A DNA stretch of 64,000 nt from a virus. The translations under genes and the position numbers were made by a program. The stretch lies in IMG/VR virus record IMGVR_UViG_3300035698_018616. One strand, given 5' to 3'. Of this stretch, positions 21,766-31,678 are shown piece by piece. Each line of letters opens with the position of its first letter. Position 1 is the first letter of the stretch. A model generated the notes under the pieces. It did not search any database and was not told where the DNA came from. It saw only the letters and a list, made by a program, of their open reading frames with translations.

Positions 21766-22706
21766 AACTTACCTTTCAGATATCCTCTCAGTTTATCTAA
21801 TGTAGTTTCTAAATCAAGAAAAGAGGTTACCCACGACCAATCATTATTTAGTAAATCATTAAGAAACTCTCCTTCGGAACCAACCATCTTTTTGAAATCT
21901 TTTAAGAAATCAGAAGAGCTAAAAACCCACTTACCTCCTTTCCATGTTGCTACACCTGTAAGTAAATCAGGATCATTAAATCTATGTTTGATGCCAACTG
22001 CTTTTGAAACATCGTGGTGGTGAGCTTGATCATAAACCCAAGCATATACAGTCTTGGTTTTGTTATAGGCTGTAAATCTTATTATGTTACCTAATGACTT
22101 CTTATCTCTTGAGGTTGGATTCTTAAAAACTTCAACCTTCTTATCTTTACCAGGTACAGTTGATTTAATATTACTGTACCATTTTTCTTCAATCATATCA
22201 CCCAATTGAGTTCTATAAAATATTCTCTTATCAGATTCAAATTTCATGGAGTATTTCCTATTACCAATTATACTATAATAGTTTGTTAATTCTTGTGTAA
22301 TTTTACCACTATCTATTGATTTAGATTTTATTATACCACCATTACCTATCAATGCCGATTTAATTTTTTCATTATCTTTCTTAGAAAACCATATAACAGA
22401 TTGTTGTTTCCATAGAGAAGATTTAGCAATATTAAGGATTTCCTTTAAAGATATATTAATAACAATAACGGATTTTTCACTCACATCATATTGTCCTATT
22501 TGTTTAATATATTTTTTACCCTTTGATTTTAGTAGTGATAATAAGTCTTTATATAATTTTTTATTTTTTTCCTGACCTACTTCTTTAGCTGATGGGTTCA
22601 TAGTTGTAAAAATACCCATTCCAACACCAAAATCCTTTAAACCATTAAAATATTGCATAGCCTTAGCAAATTTAGTGGTTTCTTTCATATATTCTTGAAA
22701 TCTCAT
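21762..22706 (-). CDS. Hypothetical protein with DUF3293-like domain; capsid-targeting-like N-terminus
   Basis: MRFQEYMKE; GIFTTMNP...GQYDVSEKSVIVIN...KQQSVIW. Confidence 0.5.
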   Translation of the reverse strand: MRFQEYMKETTKFAKAMQYFNGLKDFGVGMGIFTTMNPSAKEVGQEKNKKLYKDLLSLLKSKGKKYIKQIGQYDVSEKSVIVINISLKEILNIAKSSLWKQQSVIWFSKKDNEKIKSALIGNGGIIKSKSIDSGKITQELTNYYSIIGNRKYSMKFESDKRIFYRTQLGDMIEEKWYSNIKSTVPGKDKKVEVFKNPTSRDKKSLGNIIRFTAYNKTKTVYAWVYDQAHHHDVSKAVGIKHRFNDPDLLTGVATWKGGKWVFSSSDFLKDFKKMVGSEGEFLNDLLNNDWSWVTSFLDLETTLDKLRGYLKGKL

Positions 22707-23407
22707 ATATTTAACCATTCCATATTATATATTTTTGAAATACCCTTAGTAATTTTTCTATAATAATTACTATAACCCACCCATTTAAAATTCATTAAAA
22801 GAGATTTTACTTCCATTTGGTATAAGTATGTATTATCTATCCTATACTTATTGTTATACCATCCAGAAAAAAGTTCCTTCACAGATAAATATTTTACCTT
22901 ACCATTCTTCTTTATATATACATCATCAAATCGTTTATTGATAATTTCATAATTGATTAACAACATATTATAATAGTTATCGACCGCTGATTCTATTACA
23001 TCTGAAAACTTTGAATATTTTAATGGTTCGATACTATTATAAGCATCTGTAATCTTTGTTGTACTATACCATTCCTCTGTATATATATTGTTTATAATAC
23101 CTATATACCTTTTATACGTAGGTATAAGCATACGGCCCCAACCATGTGATTTTTTAATTTTATCAATTTCAATTTGAAGATTACTAATTGTATAATAATA
23201 AAAGGAACCATATTCAGGTGGTAAGTAATTCTTTACTAAACAACCCTGTCTTTTCAATAGGTATCTCAAATATTGATAATGAAGAAATTTTCCTTCTTTC
23301 GTTTCAATTCTATTACAGTTCTCTAAATACAAAAGAAAACTAATATTTTCATCCATACTGAGTTCTTTACATCCATAAAAATCATTCCAATTCCTCATAT
23401 ACAACAC
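22703..23407 (-). CDS. Hypothetical protein
   Basis: 234-aa ORF in operon. Confidence 0.55.
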   Translation of the reverse strand: MLYMRNWNDFYGCKELSMDENISFLLYLENCNRIETKEGKFLHYQYLRYLLKRQGCLVKNYLPPEYGSFYYYTISNLQIEIDKIKKSHGWGRMLIPTYKRYIGIINNIYTEEWYSTTKITDAYNSIEPLKYSKFSDVIESAVDNYYNMLLINYEIINKRFDDVYIKKNGKVKYLSVKELFSGWYNNKYRIDNTYLYQMEVKSLLMNFKWVGYSNYYRKITKGISKIYNMEWLNI

Positions 23408-23439
23408 ATCCTTTCTTGAAATCTCATACTTTCCTTTTA

Positions 23440-23809
23440 TGGTGGATCTGCTCGGAGTCGAACCGAGGTCTTGACTGTATCCATTACTAACTGAGTTACA
23501 TTCATCATAAAGTTTGTGTAAATCAATGAACCCAAACTTTATAAACTGTTCATTGACCGTGTTACAATGCCTTTGTTATACACCGTTTAACACGAAAAGA
23601 TGTATAACGTATCCTGTTTAGTCTACGCCTCTTTCATACGTCCAGGAAACATATGAAGAAACGGCAAAGCCTTTAAGCGGCCATTGCATATTCGTAATTA
23701 TAATCATCTGCAATTACTTTAAGTTTCCAAACCTTTTAAGGTGTTGATTAGAATTTTCACCGAATGCAGTTGTAACAAACAAACAACCAATCGAAGCCAT
23801 TTCAGACCC
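23440..23809 (-). ncRNA. ssrA: tmRNA; tag peptide ADDYNYEYAMAA*
   Basis: 5' GGGTCTG pairs with 3' CAGATCC-ACCA with a G3.U wobble (Ala identity); GCTTCGA D-loop-like segment; T-arm CTCGG-TTCGACT-CCGAG; tag ORF 23711..23673 ending in AA-stop. Confidence 0.95.
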
Positions 23810-23817
23810 ATAATTAT

Positions 23818-24021
23818 CTATTTATTTCCTCTACTGAACCATCTACGAAATCTTCCTCCTTGTCTTTTACCCCTTCCTTGTCCTTGTCCTCGTCCTCCGA
23901 AGTAAAATCCAGGTTTATAATTGGGTTGTTGTGGTTGTTCATTATTATCTGAACAATCTCCAAGTCCTCTTCCCGTTTTTGGACCTTGGCCATCTGGTCC
24001 TGTTCCATCGCCTCTTGGCAT
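23818..24021 (-). CDS. DUF5320-family protein
   Basis: MPRGDGTGPDGQGPKTGRGLGDC and Gly/Arg-rich tail. Confidence 0.85.
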   Translation of the reverse strand: MPRGDGTGPDGQGPKTGRGLGDCSDNNEQPQQPNYKPGFYFGGRGQGQGRGKRQGGRFRRWFSRGNK

Positions 24022-24023
24022 AA

Positions 24024-24317
24024 TTACTTACCTCCTTTTTCTTTATATGGATTCATTTTAACATCCTTCTTTGCTTGTTTTTTAGTCTTGCCTTTTCCTC
24101 TCCAATGTGTGCTGCCATATTTTTTATCTTTTATGGCAGCGCAGAATCCTTGTGCTTGTTCACCCATCTTACCTTCCATTCGTTTGACACAGGCAGAAAA
24201 AAAACCTTCCTCATCAGCTTTCTTACCGATAGTCTTCTCAAATTTTGAAATGCTTTTATCCGTCCAACCCTTGGCTGCAATAGGTGCTTCATTTATTAAC
24301 CAGTCTTTAAACCTCAC
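24024..24317 (-). CDS. Hypothetical protein (capsid-targeting-like N-terminus)
   Basis: MRFKDWLINE. Confidence 0.65.
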   Translation of the reverse strand: MRFKDWLINEAPIAAKGWTDKSISKFEKTIGKKADEEGFFSACVKRMEGKMGEQAQGFCAAIKDKKYGSTHWRGKGKTKKQAKKDVKMNPYKEKGGK

Positions 24318-24372
24318 ATTGCCACGCCTCCTTAATTATAACTCATTTTTACTTATATGTAAACATAAAAAA

Positions 24373-24404
24373 ACCCCAGTACATATCTATTTATATACTG
24401 GGGT
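24373..24404 (-). terminator. Intrinsic terminator whose loop contains a T4-type late promoter (TATAAATA, 24395..24388)
   Basis: ACCCCAGTA/TACTGGGGT stem + U7 on the minus strand; TATAAATA in the loop. Confidence 0.75.
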
Positions 24405-24423
24405 AAAAATATAACAAATTATT

Positions 24424-24654
24424 TTAATTCAATTCAAACAAATCATCGGGTAATTCTGTTAATGATTCCACCTCTATAATAGTATTGACCTCACTTTCTA
24501 TATCATACAATCTTGCGGAACTTATATATTCATAGAGGTGCTTTTCTAAAACACTATACAACCTTTCACTACACCTCTCTAAGATTTTCTTTTCTAGATC
24601 ACTTTCAGATATAAATTTGACAAGTTGTTTGTCAGCCATCCATTCTACTTTCAT
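24424..24654 (-). CDS. Hypothetical protein ending LPDDLFELN
   Basis: ORF track; shares C-terminal motif with neighbour. Confidence 0.6.
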   Translation of the reverse strand: MKVEWMADKQLVKFISESDLEKKILERCSERLYSVLEKHLYEYISSARLYDIESEVNTIIEVESLTELPDDLFELN

Positions 24655-24977
24655 TCCAATTCAAACAAATTATCGGGTAATGGCCTCATTTTAGGCACAC
24701 CACTACCACCTTTCGGAGGATTATCTGGATTAAGCATATCCACAGTCGGTTGACATAATTCCGTCTTAACAGAATTATACCTTGGATGGCAAACAGAATC
24801 ACAGCCATGCCAATCCAAGGTTTTCTTAATTGGTTCTCCTACTGCTTGGATAAAATTGATAATCATCTCAGCTAGTAGAAAGTCAGGCACATCACACTCA
24901 TTTTCAATGCAATGTGAATTTAGTAAAACCTGTAAGTCCGCCTTAAACTGCTTATTAAATATCTCAATTTTGTCCAT
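24651..24977 (-). CDS. Hypothetical protein ending LPDNLFELE
   Basis: GAGAGG RBS; ORF track. Confidence 0.65.
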   Translation of the reverse strand: MDKIEIFNKQFKADLQVLLNSHCIENECDVPDFLLAEMIINFIQAVGEPIKKTLDWHGCDSVCHPRYNSVKTELCQPTVDMLNPDNPPKGGSGVPKMRPLPDNLFELE

Positions 24978-25030
24978 GATGTTTCCTCTCTTTAAGTATT
25001 TTCGTCAGCCATCCATTCTACTTTCATGGC

Positions 25031-26017
25031 TTACAAATTATCAAGTTCTTTCAAAAGTTCTTCGTTGGATTGATCTTCTTCTTCATTATCAGGCTCAAAT
25101 GGTGGGGGATCTTCTTCTCCTTTTTCTACTACAGGTTCGTCTTCTTTATTAGGTCCCTCCTCGTTTTTGAAATCGGGTATATCATCCTGTGCAATCTCTT
25201 TCTCCATACCTTTTGCCTTTTTCCATTCAGAACTTACAAGGTCCCACAACATAAGTGATTTCAAAGACTCTATAACATCTTCCTCATCCCTTTCCATACC
25301 TTCAAGATATTCATCAAGGTCAATAGTTGTCTTCATAACTTCTTCAATTTTCTTATCACTATCAGCTATGGCATGAGGCTTTCTTCCAAATTCACTAAGA
25401 CCATAATCAGGCCATACCTTACCTCTTTTATCCTTTATGGTTGATGTTACTTTCAAAAAGAAATCAAATCCATCTTTACCAGGATCAAAGATTAGAGGAC
25501 CTAATCCATTCTTTACATCTGTGACTTGTTCCTTGACCTTCTTTTCAATCTTACCAGGAAATTCATATGCTCTAACAGTTTCAGTAACTTTATCTTCTTC
25601 ACTTTCAGCTTCAGCATCTCTTGGATCATCAACTACAAACCAATTGCCAACAAACTTTTCCTTTCTTTTAAAATCATAAGCCATAGCTTTATCAGCTTTG
25701 GTTCCAGTATAAAGTTTACTACTTACAGAACACCAAGGACAATAGTTATCAAAATGAAAGGTTTTAGGACAAAGGAAAAATGACCATTGATCCCCTATCT
25801 TAAACATATGATAATGATACTTCTTATAGAATTGACCTTTAGGATCTGGTAAAAATCTACCTACATAAACCTTAGCTTTATCAACAGTTCCCTTATCAGG
25901 ATTCTTCCATGCTAATTCTGACCTTCTCAATCCACCACCACCTGCTGGTTTGTCTTTCTCATTCTTTTTCTGCTCCTGGAATTTGTCAAACAAGTCACCA
26001 TTTATCCATTTACTCAT
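25031..26017 (-). CDS. Single-stranded DNA-binding protein (T4 gp32-like)
   Basis: RFLPDP, Zn site CPKT...CPWC, NWFVVDDP, FPGKI, GFDFFLK, PDYGLSEF, acidic C-terminal tail. Confidence 0.9.
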   Translation of the reverse strand: MSKWINGDLFDKFQEQKKNEKDKPAGGGGLRRSELAWKNPDKGTVDKAKVYVGRFLPDPKGQFYKKYHYHMFKIGDQWSFFLCPKTFHFDNYCPWCSVSSKLYTGTKADKAMAYDFKRKEKFVGNWFVVDDPRDAEAESEEDKVTETVRAYEFPGKIEKKVKEQVTDVKNGLGPLIFDPGKDGFDFFLKVTSTIKDKRGKVWPDYGLSEFGRKPHAIADSDKKIEEVMKTTIDLDEYLEGMERDEEDVIESLKSLMLWDLVSSEWKKAKGMEKEIAQDDIPDFKNEEGPNKEDEPVVEKGEEDPPPFEPDNEEEDQSNEELLKELDNL

Positions 26018-26397
26018 GCTTTACACCCTCCTTTTCTACATATTCTCTTATTATGTTTACGACTGCGTAATTTAACAATAATTTTACTTCTTCATCTGCG
26101 AATTCGCAATCTAATTCACAACTTCCATCATCTTTATCTCTTATGTTTAATACGTTCATATTTTACCTCCTTTAGTATATTATATAGGAGTTAGTGTAAA
26201 TTGTAAACTATTCATTTAAATTTTGTTCCTTATATTTATCTTTTTCGTTAAGGGTTCCCACTGTATCGTTACCATATATCATTTGTTCTCTTAATGGTTC
26301 CATATGTATAGGGCATACAGCTTTATCACGAATTGCTATACATCCACATTTATATTTTCTACTTCCATCCATTTTCCATAACGGATTGCCTCGTATA

Positions 26398-27174
26398 TTA
26401 GTTGTCATTAGCTGTACCTCTTTCGCTTGTTCCCCCACCACTTTCACTTGTAGCGCTTGTTTTTACAGTATCATCCTTAGTATCATTGTTAAAGAAATTT
26501 GTGGTATTTGTGGCACCTTTCAGTCTACTGGAGGAGTAATTTTCATAGGACATTTTATATGTAGCACCGGAATCCCTTACTCCTTTATTAGAAGCATCAA
26601 AAGATATAGTATTGAGCCTATTTACACCAAGACCATCCACCGCAGTTTCTAATACATCTTGGTTAGCACCCATAAACACAAAGGTCCAATTATCAGTCTT
26701 TTGTAACCTTTCTATTCGTTCCTTTATTCTCAATCTACCTTCGTCCCATTTGTTTTCCACAGAAGCATTTTCAAATCCATCAGTAATAATAGTAACTAAT
26801 GCAGCATGATTACCTTCTTTAGGCATATCATTCTCTATACAGCTTACGGCATACATTATAGCATCGTAAAGTGCCGTCATTCCTCCAAGCCAATAAGTTT
26901 TAAGAGGTTCTATAGCATTGATATCTTTACCTCTACAAACTTCCTTTACCTTACTATCAAACTCAATAATAGTAACATAGTTTGATTGCTCGTCAGAATC
27001 CTTTTTTATCTGTTCTAACTGTTCATTGAAATTTGTTCTTGATTGTTCTGCGAGATCACACATTGAACCACTATGATCCATCACAAATGCTATATGATTT
27101 ACTGGTCTACTATCATTAAGTTTAACCTTTCCTTCCTCTTCCATATCACTTACTAAATCATCAAATCCACTCAT
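26398..27174 (-). CDS. von Willebrand factor A domain protein
   Basis: MIDAS: MDHSGSM, GMTALYDAI, IITDGFENAS, FVFMGAN. Confidence 0.9.
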   Translation of the reverse strand: MSGFDDLVSDMEEEGKVKLNDSRPVNHIAFVMDHSGSMCDLAEQSRTNFNEQLEQIKKDSDEQSNYVTIIEFDSKVKEVCRGKDINAIEPLKTYWLGGMTALYDAIMYAVSCIENDMPKEGNHAALVTIITDGFENASVENKWDEGRLRIKERIERLQKTDNWTFVFMGANQDVLETAVDGLGVNRLNTISFDASNKGVRDSGATYKMSYENYSSSRLKGATNTTNFFNNDTKDDTVKTSATSESGGGTSERGTANDN

Positions 27175-27175
27175 A

Positions 27176-29012
27176 TCATTTATCCTCCCTTTTCATTTCG
27201 TACCATTCACATTTTCCACCATTAAATCCCGGTAACACTTCCTCATATTGTACACATAAATCATACCATAAGTCAGGATGAAAATATTCTATTAAAGTTT
27301 CCTTTTCATCATTTCCAAATACTACAGAGGCACGATACATTATACCAACAACAGCATTAGGATCTAACTTCAATCGTTTGACTAATAGCTTTTTTATTTC
27401 ATCATCTATCATTCTTTCTGGTGGGTGCATACTATCATTAGGTATAACCTTTACTTCATCCTCTTTTTTCTTCTTCTGTTTCAAAACATATCACCTAATA
27501 TCCTCTATTATATCTTTAATTTCAGCTAATAAACATGCACCTATTGAATCATCATAAGAAAATAAATGCGCACCAAACATTACCTTTTTATCTCTTAAAT
27601 CGGCATTTTTTTGGTCTAAAATTATACATGCATCAGATATATCTTCAATTTCAAGGTCTTTATTTTCTAATACTATTGAATCATCATTACATACTATAGT
27701 AATAGGTTTTTTAGACCAACAACCAAATATGTAACCATTACCTAAGTTTTTTTCATACCATACCCAACTCATCTTACTATTAATTCCACTAATTCTAAAG
27801 ATTTATAATCAACAAGTGTACCATTACAAACAGGACATTTTGTTTCAGAAAACGGTAGCATTTCCTCTTGATTGACATAGTACTTTATCACAGTTTTTTC
27901 TCCTGCAATTACAAAAAATGTTTGCCATCTTCTACCACAAAAACAACAAAACCCGACCAAGTAGAAAAACTTGAATTAGTTAATGTATTAAACACCTTTC
28001 ATTTCCTCTAATTTCACCAAACATTCTCTATATTGTTCTACTATATAAGGTATCAATGCTCTATCCTCGTCTGTGAGTTTTAATACTCCTTTACTGATTA
28101 AATGAACCAAGAAATATTTGTCAATTTTATTGTGTAAATAGTGCTGTACAGGAACACTAAAGTTTTTATCTCTAAGTCTACAATAATCCCTTACACCCTT
28201 TAGCTTTTCACCATTATATTTTGATATCCAATGTTTAACCCAAGCAATGGATTTTTTCAACTCTCCTTTGTCAATTTCCATCTCCCTTTTATGGTTTTTA
28301 TCCCTTACCTTATATATATTCAACACCTTTGGTTCAAAAAATTGTAAGTATGTGAAGCTCTTATACAATTCAAACCCACAATCAAAAAATTTATCAGGAT
28401 TTATGTTGGTCCATTTAGTATTGAAGTATTTCGTGGCTAATTCTAATGCCTCCCTATTCTTCTTGGACATCTTTGTTTTAAGGTGCTTGTCAAAATCTTT
28501 AGGAATCCTGTATCCTCTATTGTTAAATTCTGCTTGTGCTCTCCTGAAAGCTATATATATATCAAGTGTTTCGTACATTTTTTTGTCTTTCTTCCACCAT
28601 TTCTTCATACAATTCTTCAAAAGACATTCCTATTCTTTTGAAAGTAAGTGTTCCTTCTTTTACCCCATTTCTTAAATCCTCAAATATTTCCATTAACTCT
28701 TCGTCCGTTTTTATAAGCATTGGTTCCTCTTTATAACTGTATCCTTGCCAATAAATTTCCATAATCACTGTTAATTGACACCATTGCATTACAATATGCT
28801 CGTAACTTATTAGCTAATGGTGCCAATTCAGTTTCAATTTCACTTTTACCTTCTTCTGCTTCTGTTTCTGGTGATTCGGGACCAATAATTGTAACAAGTC
28901 TATTTGATAGACTTGCTTGTGTATTAGCAGATTCCTTTATTAAATTTTCCAATCTGCCCATATAATTAAAAATTTGCCCTTGTTTTTCTTCAGTTTTTTC
29001 ACAATCCATCAC
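27176..29012 (-). other. Run of hypothetical ORFs incl. 27988..28620 (210 aa; weak gp59-like possibility)
   Basis: Co-oriented ORFs; function not recognisable. Confidence 0.5.
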
Positions 29013-29064
29013 ACTTTCCTCCTCTTTTACTTTTTATTATACAACTATTCTAATTATTTGTAAA

Positions 29065-30171
29065 CTATGGAAGTCTTCGTCCCATAAAACTCAAATAGGT
29101 GCTAACATATTTCCTCAAGTTATCGTTTTCTTCCCACCATAATTGACCCTTTAGTGTTTTATAATCATCATTCCAAATTCTTTCTCTCAATTCTACATCT
29201 TTGGCTAATGCTTCTATACGGTCTATCATATATTCTTCTGTATCACACTTCATTTTCATTAGATTGTATGGTGCAACATTGCTATATATACCAGGTATTC
29301 CAGAAGCAGTAAATTCCAAGGCCTTGATATTACTCTTGCTATCATTAAACTCCCCTTTTTGTAATGGTGCTATTCCTATATCAGCATTCAAACTCTTCAA
29401 ATAATTAGGATACTCAAATGTGTTCTGCCAGTCATGAAATTCTATCTTACCTTTAACATCTTCTAACTCCATAGGTAATGCTCCCATAAACACCCATTCA
29501 TATACATCAGTTGTCCTTTTGATGAAATCCATAAGTTCGTTACCTAAATCCCCACCATCGGAAGAACTTTTCATTGAAGGATGTTTGAAATGGTTCTGAC
29601 TCCCAGCCCATAATATCCTTATCTTATTACTTTCTTCATACCTTTCATGCTTAGGTTTGATATCACCCCATATGAATTTAGCAAGATGATTAGGTATAAC
29701 TTTGATATTCTTATTATATTTGGAGTAAATTTTTCTTAATGGGTGAGTAGAGACAACTATACCATCAGATTCTCTCATCATGGCTTCTATATGATGAACA
29801 TTATCCCTATAATATGTATGGGCGAAATTCCACTTAGGTATGTCCATAAGCAGATCATCAATTTCATATATTAATGGTATTTTATGTTTAGGTTGGATTA
29901 ATTGACGGAATTTTCTATGAATGTTAAGGTGTGCTTCAGTTGCGGAACGTTGAAATTGTATAAAGGAGAAGTTTTTATAGAAGTTAGTATCCCCTATGTA
30001 TTGAGAAAAGTAAGATGTATGAACTGATATTTTAGGTATCTTTAGATAATTGAGAAGGAGATAGGGGGTCACGGTCCTAAGAATTCCGCAACCTCCGAGG
30101 TCGCCTAAGAAGCTAAGGAAGCCTATGCGAGACGGTGTTTTTATTGGTAACAACTTTTTCTTTACTGACAT
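29065..30171 (-). CDS. GT-B glycosyltransferase
   Basis: LIYEIDDLL, SDGIVVSTHPL, IKVIPNHL, ILWAGS, DIGIAPL..GEFNDSKSNIKALEFTASGIPGIYSN. Confidence 0.85.
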   Translation of the reverse strand: MSVKKKLLPIKTPSRIGFLSFLGDLGGCGILRTVTPYLLLNYLKIPKISVHTSYFSQYIGDTNFYKNFSFIQFQRSATEAHLNIHRKFRQLIQPKHKIPLIYEIDDLLMDIPKWNFAHTYYRDNVHHIEAMMRESDGIVVSTHPLRKIYSKYNKNIKVIPNHLAKFIWGDIKPKHERYEESNKIRILWAGSQNHFKHPSMKSSSDGGDLGNELMDFIKRTTDVYEWVFMGALPMELEDVKGKIEFHDWQNTFEYPNYLKSLNADIGIAPLQKGEFNDSKSNIKALEFTASGIPGIYSNVAPYNLMKMKCDTEEYMIDRIEALAKDVELRERIWNDDYKTLKGQLWWEENDNLRKYVSTYLSFMGRRLP

Positions 30172-30429
30172 ATTTAATTAATTTCGTTCCTCCTTTAATT
30201 ACCTGGCCATAGGACGATAGCATTTACACCATCATCACCGGCATATACATCTTCTTCTGTAAGTTCAGGCATATAAATTTCACCTGAATATTGTGAATCT
30301 GGTACATAAGTTTGCTTCGAAAAACCAGCCAATGGAGAATAACCATTACCTTCACTATCTAAAGGTAATACAACCAATACATCATCATCCAATGGTGCAA
30401 GTAAACGTCTTAAATCTTTAACCAACATA

Positions 30430-30945
30430 TTAAAATACCCCCAATTCCTTTAGTGTTTCATTAATTCCAAGTTTCTTCAATTTCAAATTCAAAAACTCTG
30501 AAATGGTTGGCTGATAGATCTTTACATGAGGGAACATTTTAGCTTCTATGCATGATTTATGACCTTTCTTCAGGTTGCATTGCTTACATGAGGCAACACA
30601 ATTTTCAAAAGTTGACTTACCACCTTTAGATTTAGGGATAACATGGTCAATGGTCAATTTCTTAGATTCCTTACCACAGTATACGCATTTGAAACCATCC
30701 CTTACTAAAACATTGCGCTTGGAAAACGGCACTTTAGTCTTGAAAAGGGTTCTAATGAATTTTACTAATTTCAAAACTAACGGAATCCTCATTACCACAC
30801 TTCCATCGAAGTTCTTAATGATTCTCTCAGAGTACTTTAATACTTCTGTTTTACCTTTAACCATTAAGCAAACAGCTTTCTGCCATCCAATTGAACCAAG
30901 GTAGCTATAATCTGCATTTAAAAGTATTATATTGCTCATTTTCAA
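30430..30945 (-). CDS. HNH endonuclease (McrA/HNH_5 type)
   Basis: LLNADY, FSKRNVLVRDGFKCVYCG, LTIDHVIPKSKGG, NCVASCKQCNLKKG. Confidence 0.92.
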   Translation of the reverse strand: MKMSNIILLNADYSYLGSIGWQKAVCLMVKGKTEVLKYSERIIKNFDGSVVMRIPLVLKLVKFIRTLFKTKVPFSKRNVLVRDGFKCVYCGKESKKLTIDHVIPKSKGGKSTFENCVASCKQCNLKKGHKSCIEAKMFPHVKIYQPTISEFLNLKLKKLGINETLKELGVF

Positions 30946-31678
30946 CCCCCCATTTCATTAATTCTTCTAACATAGACTCTATTCTATCTAATTGTTCTTT
31001 ATCTTCCCTTGTTAAAACTCCATATACAGATCCACCCTGTTCTATTGATAAACGCTGTTTTGCTGTGGTACCATTCGTTATCATATAGCTACTATAATCT
31101 TCATCTCCATTGGTGACTCTTAAATATTTAGTAGTTTCATCTAAAATTTTCATGTTATAATTCTCTTATCATCCTGCACCAATAGCTTTTTGAGTTCAGG
31201 TTTTTTCATAACATTGTCCGCAAACTCTTTATACTTACCCGAAGCCTCTTGCTTAGTAAACTTCTTAAAATTACCGTTATCATCCTCCAGCGTTATTACT
31301 GCCTTTCCTGTCTTACAAAATGCACATATCTGCTCACCCTTTTCTGTCACAAACATCATAGTTGGCGGCAGTATCGTGCGGCAACGTTGACAAAGACCCA
31401 TGTTTACTCTCCTTATTTTTTATCTACAGCATTTACATCTGTTGAAAATACTATTATACCACCTTTGAACTTATCTAAACTCATTTGATGTGGTGATATG
31501 CCTTCCTTTAACAATTCTCCATTTAATGAATAATATTCCTGGATAATACCATCTTTATACCATAACCTATCATCTATAGATTCAAGAGCAAACCAATGCT
31601 TCTCATTATCTATAAGAATCTTCCTTTCTGAAATCTTATAATCATTTATATCCCTATATCTTAACCGGTCTGTAAATT

